The notes under the pieces are model-generated. The model saw nothing but the letters and a program-made list of their open reading frames with translations, searched no databases and was not told the DNA's origin. Source: Rotaria socialis (Eukaryota). Taken from it: a stretch of 31,260 nt of DNA. Numbering within the stretch: the stretch's first letter is position 1; each line of letters starts with the position of its first letter. Positions 1 to 12,735 of this stretch are shown here, one piece after another. The stretch is taken from NCBI GenBank assembly GCA_905331295.1, contig CAJNYD010000051.1:62001-93260 (forward strand), written 5' to 3'. A program made the position numbers and the translations under genes.

Positions 1-1296
1 AGTCTGGTTTTTCTCTCTCTCTTTTATACTGCGCAGTAGGAACGAGATTAACGAAATGCGGTTTCGATTTTTTTTCTTTTGCAATGTTATCTTTTACTCT
101 TCTCTCGCGTTTATAAAAACAGATGAATTTTGCGATGCATTATCTCAGTGTGAATCACTTGTATCTTTTCTATAATCGTACATATAACGTGTACAATATG
201 CATATAGATCTCTTCTTTCTGAAACCTAGCCCGAGACAACAATCAGTAAGTCGTTTGAAGTGTAAAATTGTGGATCACAAGCTCGAAGAAAAGACTGGCT
301 TGCTTGCGATGTACGAAGACGCTGTGCTGACGGCTATAAGAAAATTAGGCAACAACAACGAAGAGAAGTAAGTGACACAGCAGCGAAGAGAATAAAAACT
401 TTCTGTTCTAATTGTGATAAATACTTGTCTTGATTGTTTCGATGAAAAGCATTACTCAATAAAATAAAGGATTCGAATACTGAACAATACGAAGTAAAAT
501 AAGAGAATATGTGACACCCACTACATAGAAAAAAAGAAAAAGCAACTGTTTTTTTTTCTTATAAAATATACCGTGAGCCATCGATAGCTTACATCTCTGA
601 GAATGTATTAAATAGCACATACATATCTTACTAAAGTGTCATAATCAGATACAACCTTACTTCATGATCATTTGAATTATGTTAAAGATAGAGAGAAAAA
701 ATCAATGGATTTTCATTTCTAAATTTTATTCTTTCAATCAAAAAAACACATGGTATGACATACTCATTTACATAGCACTGAACAATTAGTTCAACCAGAA
801 GGAATACTTTTAGCAATTTTCTCTAAGCTGTTTTGCTCGGTCACTTAAAATCACATCAACTAAATGCTCTTTTTAACCATTCTGCAGAGTAACTTGTGTC
901 ATACTTATTGTATAGTTATCTGAGTCATAGTTACCATATAGTAAAAATATTATGGACAGCCAAAGATAGGTAAATTCTCATGTCTAAGCTCTATACATTC
1001 AATCGAAGAAATATATAATTACTTCTTTGAAAATTCATTTCTACAAATAACAAAAATCTAAGTTTTGAAATTATATCATCCACTACTTAGAGTTAAACTT
1101 AATTTAAAAAATATTAACTGAAACTGTTTTAGGGTAGAATATATTATACATACATAAAAAAAAACGTTTTGGCATGAAAGGACGTCTTCAATGATCTATT
1201 CATCTGTTTTTTATTTAAGAATATGAAATGTTTAATCATACATACTCATTCTCATAATACTTCAAAGATAAAAACAATTAAAGTTGATTTTCTTAC

Positions 1297-1681
1297 CAAT
1301 AAAAAGACGTATAGCTACATCCTCGGTAATGTTGTATATACCGAGACCACATAAATTCGAATATTCAGTAGCAAGAAGAATTCGTTCCATCGATGATGAT
1401 TCAATATCAAGCCATTTGATTTTAAGACAAATTTGAGATAAGATTTGTAAACAAAATCGATCAAGTATTGTATCAGGTAATGGACAGATAAAACAGTTTG
1501 ATAGACATTTCAGTAATGTCAAAGAACTAGTAAAGATTGAATCATGTAAAATTTTATCGAATCGTGTGTTGATGCCCCATAAAGAATAGAGTACATCGAT
1601 ATTCTCCAATTTCTTAAAAATGATCATAAGCATTTCATCAGGTAAATCGAACAATTGAACCCATGAATGTTCCATGTTCAT
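1297..1681 (-). CDS. F-box domain protein, first coding exon (bdelloid-type F-box family); downstream exons not resolved
   Basis: N-terminal F-box motif LFDLPDEMLMIIFKKLENIDVLYSLWGINTRFD. A GTAAG donor follows ...RLFI at 1296, so the ORF tail to 1262 is probably intron. Confidence 0.8.
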
Positions 1682-2137
1682 ATTCGAATGTCAATTTTCT
1701 TTCTTAGTACACTTCTTTGCCTGATTCCGGCCTTATATGTATATAGATACGGTCATTTGTTCACATTGACCTGTTCCGTCAATAAAATGATCGCGTAATT
1801 TTTTTTTCAGTCGAAGTCGACAATGACGCAACCGATGACTTTTTTTCTCCTTCATTTACTCTAGTCTATGTACACATCCAGATGAGTCATCGAATCAATG
1901 TCGAAATACACTTTCTCGTTTTTATGAGGAGTCAGAAGATAAAAATACGATGGAAATACTTTAAAATAAATTCTCTTTTAAACTGCGTTTTTATTTTTTC
2001 AATAAAATTAGTCTCACGCATTTGAGAGCGTACAAGAAGGTTGTGTGAAGTGAGCATAAATAATGAAAGTTTTCAAAACTACTAATTAATATTGATTAGG
2101 AAATGTGAACAACCGTAAAAAACATTCATTTATTTTA

Positions 2138-2400
2138 CTTGTGTAGAAAGGTATAAAGAGGCACTATTAAATGCTTTGAATATTAATACAGGAAAATAAA
2201 TTAAACTTTTTTTTACTATTTTTCACTCTTCTGAATGCATTTTAGTACTTTTTCATACTTTCAGTAGCACTTAATAGTACTTTTTGGTCAAAAAGAATGA
2301 AAAGTATTTAAACATTTTCACTTATAAGTACCATTTCCTATTTAAAAAAGACGGGTTGAAGTAATTAATAGTGTTCTTTTCATACTTTTTTTTACATGGA
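2138..2400. mobile_element. Degenerate MITE-like element with imperfect inverted ends
   Basis: Left TGTAGAAAGGTATAAAGAGGCACTATTAA resembles the reverse complement of the right end (TGTAAAAAAAAGTATGAAAAGAACACTATTAA). Interior is rich in AAAGTA/TACTTT motifs. Confidence 0.4.
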
Positions 2401-2439
2401 GTGTTGGATATTATTTAGTACAAATGTCCTCCTAATAAG

Positions 2440-3880
2440 CAACGCGACCAGTAAAGAACTCAAGCAGTAATATAACATAATTAAAGTAATATTTAATATT
2501 TACAATTTTCCATGTTTTCTAAATGTTAATCGGGTTTATAATTGTTGCGACTATATATCAAGTCTCTAAATGTAGAGATTTCTATTCATTATTTCTTTAT
2601 TACCACGTGTCATGAAGACCTTTCATAATTGTAAAAAAAATCTCAAATGAATTCAAAAAGTAGCATTAAATATTCATCCGTATTATCAAAAAGATAAAAA
2701 ATACCTTTAATTACCTATTGAAAATCAGAAGTATAATACAATTCTATAGAAAGTATGAGAATCAACAACGTGAACTTCATGATTTGGGAAACTATTAATG
2801 CTTCTAAACATCAATATAACTTTTTATTAATTCTTGAAACTCAAAATCACTTAAAGAAATATAAGAATTGATCATATACGCTTAATGGTTTCTTCAAGGT
2901 ACTTTTAATTACTTTTCAATCCATTCAGACTACTGTCTGTCAGTTCTTGGAAAGGAAGAGGCACGATCAATAAAGAGCTTAAAAAAGTATAAAAACGAAA
3001 ATAGTATACTTGATGATTGATAAAAACACTATTAAATACTTTTTAGCGTATTGAAATATTTTCTGATTACTATTGAAAAGCTTAAAAACACAAGCAATTG
3101 CTTTTAACAATATCCAGTCAGTTCATTATACTTTGGGATTATACCTAATACTAAAACCCTTCTACAAATAACAAAAAGACTTTTTATTACTTTGCACCCT
3201 AGTCAACTCTCCCTAGAAGACTCCCCAGGGAGTCCCCTGACAAATCCCCGGGGACTCACGACAGGGACTCCCAGGGATTTCGTTATTTTGCGGGGAGAGT
3301 GGATTAGGGCAAGCATTTGAAAGTACAAACAAATACTTCAGAAAACTATCAAAATCGATATATTATAATTACTTTTCATTGAGAAAAAGCACTAATAATC
3401 ACTTTACAGAGTATCAAAAGTAACTCTGGGTACTTATTGGAAAACTCGAAGTACTAAAAAAGTACTTTATTAAGTGTATAAATTAATATGATAAACTTGG
3501 TAACTGAACAAAGTACTATTTAGTATTTCCAAAAGATCAAAAGTACTAAAAATTACTTCTTTATATGCCGGAAGTACAAAAATTAGTTCAGAAAGTAAAA
3601 CAATTAATATTATTTACTTTACAGACAAGAGAAGTACGTAATATTACTTCAGAAAACACCCAGAGTCTTTTCTAATTACTTTCTCCAGAGTCACAAGTAC
3701 TAAAAAGTACTTTCTAAAGTGTGGGAATTAATATTTCTCAGTTTGCTGAAAAATTAGTATTTAAAAGTACTTATGGAAGTTGAAAAAGTGAAAGATAGTA
3801 AGTAAAAGTTACTTTATTTAAATTCATTAATAATAAAAGTACTTATTATTAGAATTTTTTCACTTTTACCGTTACATGGG
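2440..3880. repeat. AAGTACT/TACTTT-rich non-coding repeat region, probably a non-autonomous DNA transposon remnant ending TTACATGGG
   Basis: Many AAGTAC/GTACTT/ATTACTT motifs and no ORF. The end TTACATGGG (3872-3880) resembles TTACATGGA (2392-2400). The left boundary is approximate. Confidence 0.35.
3197..3309. mobile_element. 113-bp minimal MITE of the CCCTAGTC CMC/EnSpm family
   Basis: Termini CCCTAGTC...GATTAGGG with a 2-bp CA duplication on both sides (3195-3196, 3310-3311). Interior consists largely of GACTCCC/GGGAGTC/ATCCCCGGGG subterminal repeats. Confidence 0.8.
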
Positions 3881-4343
3881 TTTCTTTCATATCGAATGCC
3901 ATTAGGAAGTGGTTGATTAACACAATTAAATGATTTACTAGATTTAGTTAATAATTCATTAGAATTTCTTTTATCATTTCGATTTGATTGGTTATCATAT
4001 ATTGAACAAATCTGGGGAAAATTAACATATTAATTATGTAGTACGAATATCTGCTGAATACATGTTAGCATTAATGACAAGTTCATAATTTCTTGCCTTG
4101 AAATATTTAATACAAGTTAAAATAAATGCGTTTTTATTTCGATACGATTGCTCGTTTACAAAAGGATCTTGAAATGCGTTTTTTTAAAGTTTGTATTGCA
4201 TAGAAAACATTTTTTTAATATGAATAGTTCTGTTTTAAAATAAAAAAAAATATTTTTTAATTTTTAAACATTTATGTATTTATCTACGAGATAAACGAGC
4301 ATCCTATATCTGTTTCATATTATATTGTTAGCTATACTATAAC

Positions 4344-4527
4344 ATGGAGAATATAAGTGAATTACATACTTGGCTTGATGAATATTCTATTTCACATAAA
4401 AATGCAGTAAATATTTTAATACACAAAATTTGTGTACCAGCAATTGCTTTTACTATTTTGGGATTTCCTTGGTCAATATCAATGCCTTTACCAAAATTTA
4501 CTCGTAAAAATCTTGGCAACATTTCTA
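4344..4527 (+). pseudogene. Mpo1/DUF962-family membrane protein, 5' part, interrupted by transposon
   Basis: WLDEYSISHKNAVNILIHKICVPAIAFTILGFPWSI matches the DUF962 N-terminal pattern (Y..SH.N..N..IH.ICVP.I). The frame runs into the transposon terminus at 4528. Confidence 0.7.
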
Positions 4528-5174
4528 CCCTAGTCCACACTCACCTTTCAGATCACCAGTGACTCCCTACAAATCTGTTAAATCCCCGGGGAATCACCAG
4601 GGAATCACCCCAAGAATCCCCGGTGAATCCCTAAAAAACCAAATTCACCGAGGACTCACCAGTGATTCCCCGACAAATCGATAGGGATTCCCTAGTCTTA
4701 GGAGACTAAGAGAACAACAAAAACTCCCCGAGGACTCCCTGCCAAAGGGAGTCCCTGGGGAGTTTTCCTTTCTTTGGATTTGATTACATAAAGTGCATAG
4801 ATACTTCAAAATGGATGCAAATTCAGTATTTTCGAACAAAGGAAAAATCAGTCAAATCATTGATTGTGAAAATGAAAATATGTTCTAACAAAGATATAAA
4901 AGAAAGAAAAGATTTAATAGTCGGCAATTTATATTGTAGATTCAGAAATAAAAAAAATAATATTAAAGTATCGATTAGAGATAAAATGTGCACGTATAAA
5001 ATTCTTTGTTTTCTAAGCTGCTCCATCGCTTTTATATTTATGATATTGTCTAATTTTATTCTTGTGTTCAATAAAACTTCTTATTTCTACGGAATAAGAA
5101 CATGTTTTTCATTTCAGATAATTTTCAAACATAGCTGACTAAAATAATGCTTTTTCATTTCAGATATTTCAGTT

Positions 5175-8100
5175 ATGACTACAAATGCCGACTACTGTAA
5201 AACTTATCGACAACGTATTTCTAACGTTTCAAGTCGTTTGCAGGACATGGAAGTAATCCTTCAGGATCATCACCAAGTAAATGTTAATGATAATAATCAA
5301 ATAACAAACAACGAAATAAATAGTTATGCAGATCAAATTATCACAACACATACCGACGAACAAGAACTAAATGATTTAAATGATATTGCTTTCAATAACA
5401 ATGTCAGCAATTCCAGTGAGTATGAGACAGAAACTGATTCTTATATAAGTTATGAAAGTGATTTTGATGATGATATCGATACTCTTCTTTATTCAAATGG
5501 TTCAATTCCTCTTTATAAAGTATATGCAGCTATCAAAAATTTCATTATCAAATGTAATTTAAATCATACACATATTCTACAATTAATCGAATTATTATTA
5601 TTTTTATTACCTTCTGGACATCGATTAACAAAATCAGGCATTCTGCATGCGCAGAAAAGACATGAAAATTTTACTTATACTACATTATGTATTAATTGCA
5701 ATCAGCAAGTAATTACACAATGCGTTTCATATAAAATAAATTAATTTTAAAATGACTAGATAGATATATACGCTTAATTGATTAAGTATAAGAAGTTTCT
5801 TCGTTTGTGGATAAATCCGCATATATACCGATGAGAATTTTGTGTTTTGTATAAAGATTAACTATCGACCAACTATTATTAAGAATACCCGCTTTTTTCA
5901 TTGGTTTAAATGAATAATTTCTCAAGGGGAGTGATGGAAAAAAGTGGAAAAAAAATATCGAAATAAAAAATGACCACATATGTAGCACTCTCCATTGCAT
6001 TTCGACATTTTATTGTTCAATATTTTTTTCTGTTTTTTCATCAACTTTGTCTTGGTGTATATGTCATTATGAAAATAATTTCTTTCAATATGTTGTTCAT
6101 GTTGGATTCATTTATTAAGCAGATTTTTGATAATATATTTTTATTACCAAGCGAACTCATAGATCATTCTTATTGATGATGGCACTTCTATATCTCTATT
6201 ATTTGTATTTAGGTAAAACCTGCCGAAGGTAAATGTTTATCTACATGTCGTTACTATGGCAAAGAAAGAACAAGTGATTGTTTAACGGAAATTGGCGAAG
6301 CTAATGTTCTGAAACGAATAAAAAATGTTGTCAAACGCAATTTAACTTTAATATTAGAATATCAGCAACGTGCAGAACTACTTTTACCTAATGACATTGT
6401 AAATAGTGCTGCTTATCAACACATTCATAGTAATAGTAAATTTAATCGTTTAACATTAATGCTACACGCAGATGGCATCCAGATAGTGACAACAAAACGT
6501 AAAAAATTCTATGTAGTGACAGGAACAATATTAGAAATTCCTCCACCACATCGTGAATATGCTCGAAATAAACTTCTGTTTTTAGTTTATTTTTCTGAAA
6601 ATGAACCTACACCATCAATTTTATATGATCATTTGTGCCAACAAATAAGACAATTGATTATCGCAAAATGGATCATAATTGGCGGTCAAAAGTTTAGTAT
6701 TAGATTTCAACTATTCAAAGCAGATCTTCCATGTCGTTCATTATCCATTTGTATAAAGCAGCACAATGGATATTACTGTTGTTCAAACTGCTTTCAACAT
6801 GGAAAAACTATGGGAGGAACATATGTTTATTATGATTATATAGACAAGCAAGCAACTCGTTCTCATCATGATTATCTATCTGCCGCAATAGAAGCTGAAC
6901 GTAATGAAAATCAAATTTCTGTTTTTGGTATACATGGAAAATCACCATTATTATCATTATTTTTCAACGTACAAATCAATTGTCCATTTGATTACATGCA
7001 TCTGTGTTGTAGGTAAGTTCATATTATAGTTTTTTAAGATTAAATATTTGATTTCATTACTGTGCTGTAAAGGGAAAATAGAAAATTTTGTTTACAAAAT
7101 CTAATTCAAGGTACAGCTATTTTGAGTATTCACAAAATTCTAAGATTGAATGAGATATATCATGCATATGAGACTTCCTATGATTTTGTTTCAATAATGC
7201 TATTTTACATAAAAAGATTATTTCAGCACACATATGTCTTCAATATTGAATATTTGGATAAAGAAATATGGTCTTAGTAATTTATCGTGTTTCATGGAGA
7301 AGATTATTATTCCTGTTGATTCATTAAGTATTACATCGTTAAACTGTCTAAATTTTTGGAAATCCAAGGATTATCGTTTCTTCTTGCTCTTTATATCATT
7401 TCCATTAATACTTGCATATGGAACAGATGAAGTTATTGATCATTTTATGCTTTACTTCGTTAGTATTCGAGTTTTGCATTTCTATGAAAGCATCCAAGAC
7501 GTTATGATCGTGAAGCCTCTTCTAGATAAATATCGTGAAGACATTTCACACATATGGTGATGAAAAACTTCAATTGTACAGCTTACATGCCCATAAATAT
7601 CTTATTGAACAAGTATTATCACATGGAGCTTTATTTGCACATGGATGTTTCGGTGATGAAAGCTTTTTGGGAACCTTAAAAAGAAGTAGAAGAGGCAACC
7701 GGAGAATACCATATCAAATATTAAAATCGTATTTATTACGTGATTGTATATTGAATGATGAGCATCCAAAAACCACTGTTAATAGCATATTTTTAGACGA
7801 AAAAATCTTCGATAATTCTTACTTAAATTTAAATGTTCATCAAAATTATTTCATTCCATTTCAAAAATTATTTCAACTTCAATTTAACGAGAAAATAGAT
7901 GAAAATTTTTCTGTATATTGTCGGTATCAACGTGGCATGGTTAAGTTTAGTTCATTATTGTATAATAGAATCAGTTCGCAATTGACTAATATAGTTTCTT
8001 TCAAAAATGCACTATGTCCTGTAAACAAAAAAAAATGCTTTGCAATTATTATTTGGTATTTTGAATATGAAAATATAACCTATGCATTTATTAAATCCTT

Positions 8101-8314
8101 ACAATGTATTAATAAAGTTCTAAGAACAACACGCACTGATCAACTGGGAAATATTGCCCATTCATTTCTTAATAGATTTTTCAGTGTTATGGACATTGAT
8201 ATGTTTGATCTTTCCATCATACGTGTACAACAAATTTTGCACCATTGTGTTGTGATTCCATTTCGCGATGCATGTCTATTTTCAGAAATTCTTTGCACTT
8301 ATGAACATGATTAA
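5175..8314 (+). pseudogene. CACTA/EnSpm transposase (Transposase_21/DUF4218-type); exons about 5175-5708, 6213-7012, 7227-8314; frameshift near 7550
   Basis: Motifs LHADG, LEIPPPHR, ADLPCR...HNGYYCCSNC, DYMH, WKSKDYRFFLL and H...HGALFAHGCFGDESFLGTLKR. GT-AG splicing keeps the frame (CINCNQQ|VKPAEGKC; CC-S-THMS). ORFs 7234-7560 and 7535-8314 overlap out of frame. Confidence 0.9.
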
Positions 8315-8856
8315 CATTATTTTATATATATGAAATCTGAACAAATAAAAGATGATAATCTTTATTCAGCATAGTTATCCAATATTGTGTCTTTGTATTT
8401 TATTCATCTACCAAATATATTTATCTATATATTTTTTTCTATTATAGATAAATGAACTGTCTGTAAATGGTTACTACTCATTTATGAAAAAGTGAAAGAT
8501 ATTTTATTATTGTTATCATATATATATAGAAACATAGATCAGATGTTCATTTTTACGGATGGTCACATGTCGTTGAAAAATCAGCAACTTATAACTTAAC
8601 AAGCAACAAGACAATAACGAAATCAACGTAGTTGATTGAAAGATCACAATAATCCTCCGCTTGAGTAGCATGCATATGTGCATTGTTTCCATTTATGAGA
8701 AGAGCAGTGTATCCATTTAAAACTAGATGAAACATAGAAGAAAAGAGAAAAAAGATACAAAAAGCTTTCGTTAATCATTTTTCTTGAGTTGCTTGCAACT
8801 CTGATATAACAGATATACTACTTTGATAGTTGTTTTGTTCTACTTATAGATATATC

Positions 8857-10769
8857 ATGACTACAAGGACCAATGCTTTAACACACGTCTTGTTCAAAAA
8901 TACTATTAATAGTGAATTGATGATTGCACCACTTGATAAATGCAATATTGGCGATGATAAAGTTGCTTATGTATATGGTGGAAAACATTTTAATGGAGAA
9001 TTAGTTACTGTTGGTAAGTTTTCTAGAATTTTACTTTTACTAAGAGAATTGTAGCCTATAATAAATTGAGTTGTTTTTTATAGGGTCTAAAAGTTTATGT
9101 GATAAAGTAATGAAACAAATGAATGGTTATTCAACAGATTATTGGTATTCATCATTACCTGAAGAAGAAGAAGACGACGACGATGACGACGACAATGATG
9201 ATAACAATGGCAACATTCACGATACTTTATTAACAAATGAACATGCTGTTCACCGTACATTGTTTTCATTTGTATTATCCTTATGCGAACATGTACAATT
9301 TCTATTTTCATTTCAGCGAAAAACCGAAAAAAAAAGAATCACAAATCAAATTCAAAGTATTTAAAAGGAAATTATTCTGAATTACATCGACATATATTTG
9401 AGAAAGGTACATGATATTTGTCATTTCTAAATGACGACGCGTAGAGTAAAAATCTCAAAAGATAAGAAAAGACTTTCGATGTGTAAAAGATTAAAATCCT
9501 AGTTCTTTAAATTACAAAAATTTCATATCAAGTTTACTTGACTATACTTACATGATGTCAAATACAACTGTACATTTTTTTCTTTAATTATGAAGTAACA
9601 AATCCCGTTTCAACACAAGCAACAATATCCAATGTTACACGTACATATCATGAACCGCCTAGAAATAATGAACGTACATCAACAATTGAAGTAATTCAAT
9701 ATCCCGAATCAGTGTCTTCACGTTATGGTAAGCTATCTTCATTTATTTGACGAAATATTTTGTGCTGTTTGTTATATGTAGATCCAATAGAAGTTGTCAT
9801 ACCACGGGAAATGGATCATTTTACTAGTTCGAGTTTGTTGAATGAAGCTTCCTTTGGTGAGTTGCACTTAGCTTACTAAAACAGAAAAACAGTCAATATT
9901 CATTTGCAAAAACACTAAAGTATACATATAATTCTTTTGTGCAGTTTAAAGTCTGCGTTGTATGTCAAAGCTGAACATAGAATATAAAATATTATTAACA
10001 CTAGTAAACTTGGTTGTATTTTTTTTTATAGATTTACCACCAGCTTCAACGATGCTACATGAATCAGGGCTTCCTAAAGCTACACAAAACACCACACCAA
10101 ATACAAAATCTAAAAATAAACACAATCATGGAAAAAAAGTCACACTACCATTGTTATCAACATTGTCATCTGATACAACGTCTCCAGGTATGCATTCGTT
10201 TATTTTTTTGTTGTATAAAAGTAAACTACTGAAAGAACTTGCTCAAAAGGAATATTTTACGTATAATTTCTTTTTCTATCTATAGCTGACCGTTTAACAA
10301 ACATTGAAAAAACTTTAAATAGTTTAATAGTTTACGTGAATACTTTTGGTGAAGATATAAGATCGATCATGATGCAATTGAAATCATCATCGAAAATAAT
10401 AAAAAATATTCGAAATGTAGGTGTTATAACTCAAGTTTTTTATTTTTATTTCTTGCTTTTCTTTGAAAATCGCATGCTTTTCAAGCATGTTGTACCTAAA
10501 GCTGCAACAAGTAGTACAATCGTCTCCCCGTCATTACGAAATTCGCTTATTCATTCATCTTGTACCAGTGATGCAGCACCAACAAAACAAACTGTAGTAC
10601 GTCATACATGGCATACCTTGATAAAATTTGTCACTTGTATTTATTGTTTTTTATTAGATGTTTCAAAATACTAATTTGATGCAATTCAAACACGATTTAA
10701 CCTCCATTCGTTCGTTTCTTCGTAAAATGACAATGGCAATATACACACGTGATGAGATTTTATCAAACA
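8857..10769 (+). pseudogene. Transposon accessory gene: acidic tract, coiled coil and truncated BEN-like domain (multi-exon)
   Basis: ATG at 8857 (MTTRTNAL...). Spliced exons encode EEEEDDDDDD and a coiled coil DRLTNIEKTLNSLIVYVNTFGEDIRSIMMQL. The last exon, from 10658, reads RSFLRKMTMAIYTRDEILSN (BEN-like helix pattern) and is cut at 10770. Confidence 0.65.
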
Positions 10770-11437
10770 CCCTAATCCACACTCACTCCACAAGTCCCGA
10801 GGGAATCCCCCCAAAAAATCCCCGGTGATTCCCGACAGGGAGTCCCGGGGGATTTCTAAGGGAGTTTATAGGGAGTCCCTGAAAAATCTCCGGGGACTCC
10901 CTTAAAGCGCATTGTGGTGCTTTAAGGGTCCAAATCATTCTTTCACAGTTTCTTAACTTTTTTCTGTTTGTATCAACTGAAACATATTTTTTCGAAGAAG
11001 ATCTCTTCATTTTCCCAGAGTATCTCCCATTCAAGCTTTTCAGGAGACTCCGTCTTAGCGGATGACTCCGGTAGATTAAATTCCAACTCATTTCGAAATG
11101 ATGAGTTGTCCGTGAGGTACCTCAGGTAGAAGTTCAAATACTGTTTATCGTTTAGAAGAAGTTAATATTAAAAATAAACTATACTTTTCCTCTGAATCTT
11201 AAGTTTCTTATATACTTTAATGCGTGCAAAAGAAAACGGTGAATACATTCTTGCCCTCCCTCATAAGTCCCTGGGGATTCCCTGCGGATTACTTAGGGAA
11301 TCCCCAGGAGCTCCTTACGTCGTGTAAATTTAGGGGGACTCCCTGAGGATTTCTCGGTGAGTCACCGGTGAATCCCCGGGGACTTCACACTTTTTCGGGG
11401 ATTCCCTAGGGATTCATAAAGTGACTCTCGACTAGGG
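10770..11437. mobile_element. 668-bp MITE-like unit of the same family, forming the right end of the large element
   Basis: Second left terminus CCCTAATCCACACTCAC at 10770, near-identical to 4528. Subterminal repeat arrays at both ends. Flanks CA/AT are not a matching TSD. Confidence 0.75.
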
Positions 11438-12735
11438 ATTGGAGTACAAATTTTGTTATATGTTAAATTTTGCCTTAGGAAACGTCTTCATAATAGTCAA
11501 TCGTCTTGGAAACAAAAAGACTATAGAAATTCTTTATTAGATGTTTTTTAATTTTACTATTGTGCAGATTGATAATAATATCGAACTATTAGAGTAAGAC
11601 TTTTAACATAATCAAATGAGATAAAATCTAGTAAGTGGAATATATTTATTCAAGAATATACTCGTTGATATATATCCTGTTTGGAACGAATTGCTTCCCG
11701 ACATTGAGATATCATAAAGCGAACAAACCAGTAAATGAATAAAAATATATGATTTTTTACAATGAAAAAAAAAAGAGTCGCTTCATAAAGATTATATGTT
11801 GAAATTTTTCGTCGAAAACTGCAAAAATAAAGCTGGAATCTTTAAATGTTTTCAAAGATCTTATGTTGAAAATTTAATAAACCAAGACTTTATGGATTGG
11901 TCTGTCCTTTTGTGGTAATTTTTATTAGCTATCAATTTTTTCACATTGGTCATTCTCTAACGTTGCAGCTATCAATAAGTATTTTAAGAGGAATCTGATG
12001 TGAATATCATATCTCCTGTTCGTTTAAAATATACGTGTATTTTCAAGCAAGTAATTTTCAATTTTCAGGCATAACCAATAGAATAAGAATCGTATTCATT
12101 ATGTATATGTTGTTAAATCCATGAATAATGTGAATCCGAAAAAGTTATGTTTAAAATAGTATTTGTTTTATTTCTATTACTTTTATTTCTTATTTATTTC
12201 ATTATTTTTTGTTTTGTTAAGTTCGACGGGTAATATGTTCGATTACTCGTACTTATTTCATTGACTAGTGTGTTAGTTGATTCGAACTCAATATAGTATG
12301 AAGATTACATGAATGCAAACACGTTTAACTACAATAGCTGTAACTATGCGATGTCATTTTTCACGATTGGTTTTGTTCTAATAATTTTATTAAAATGAAA
12401 ATCTATCGAAAACTGAGCGAAAAGGAAAATCAATTATCGAGTGCAAAGAGTCAAGCACTATTAAAGAAAGTAATGGTAGTAAGATTTATGAGTTTTCTCA
12501 TTGGAGTTTTGAATCTAGAAGCAATTAGAGATCATTTTACTGATTGAGATGTTTTCTTCGATAATTTCAATCATGAGCATTATTGAAAAATATGTACTAT
12601 GTACCACCTATCCTTGTTCTGTTGAATTCTGCACTTTCATAATTATTTGCCTTCAAGCGATAGTCTGATAGATCTTGAGGGTGTGGCTTTAGAAGAAGAC
12701 ACCTATACCCATTTCCACACCCAATTTGTCTTATA

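Larger units (their letters stand above)
4528..11437 (+). mobile_element. CMC/EnSpm (CACTA-superfamily) DNA transposon, defective/composite
   Basis: Left end CCCTAGTCCACACTC (4528), right end GACTAGGG (11430-11437). GC-rich subterminal repeat arrays at about 4528-4765 and 11265-11437. Encodes a transposase and a second gene. Confidence 0.85.

Noticed and set aside
123..371. 82-aa ORF
   Set aside because: No recognisable domain or clear exon structure; cannot support a gene call.
4645..5138. Short ORFs on both strands
   Set aside because: They lie in transposon subterminal repeats and the AT-rich leader; likely chance frames.
10783..11091. 102-aa minus-strand ORF
   Set aside because: Spans GC-rich MITE repeats; stop depletion explains it.
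12676..12686. TGAGGGTGTGG telomere-like 11-mer
   Set aside because: Under two units and no junction evidence.
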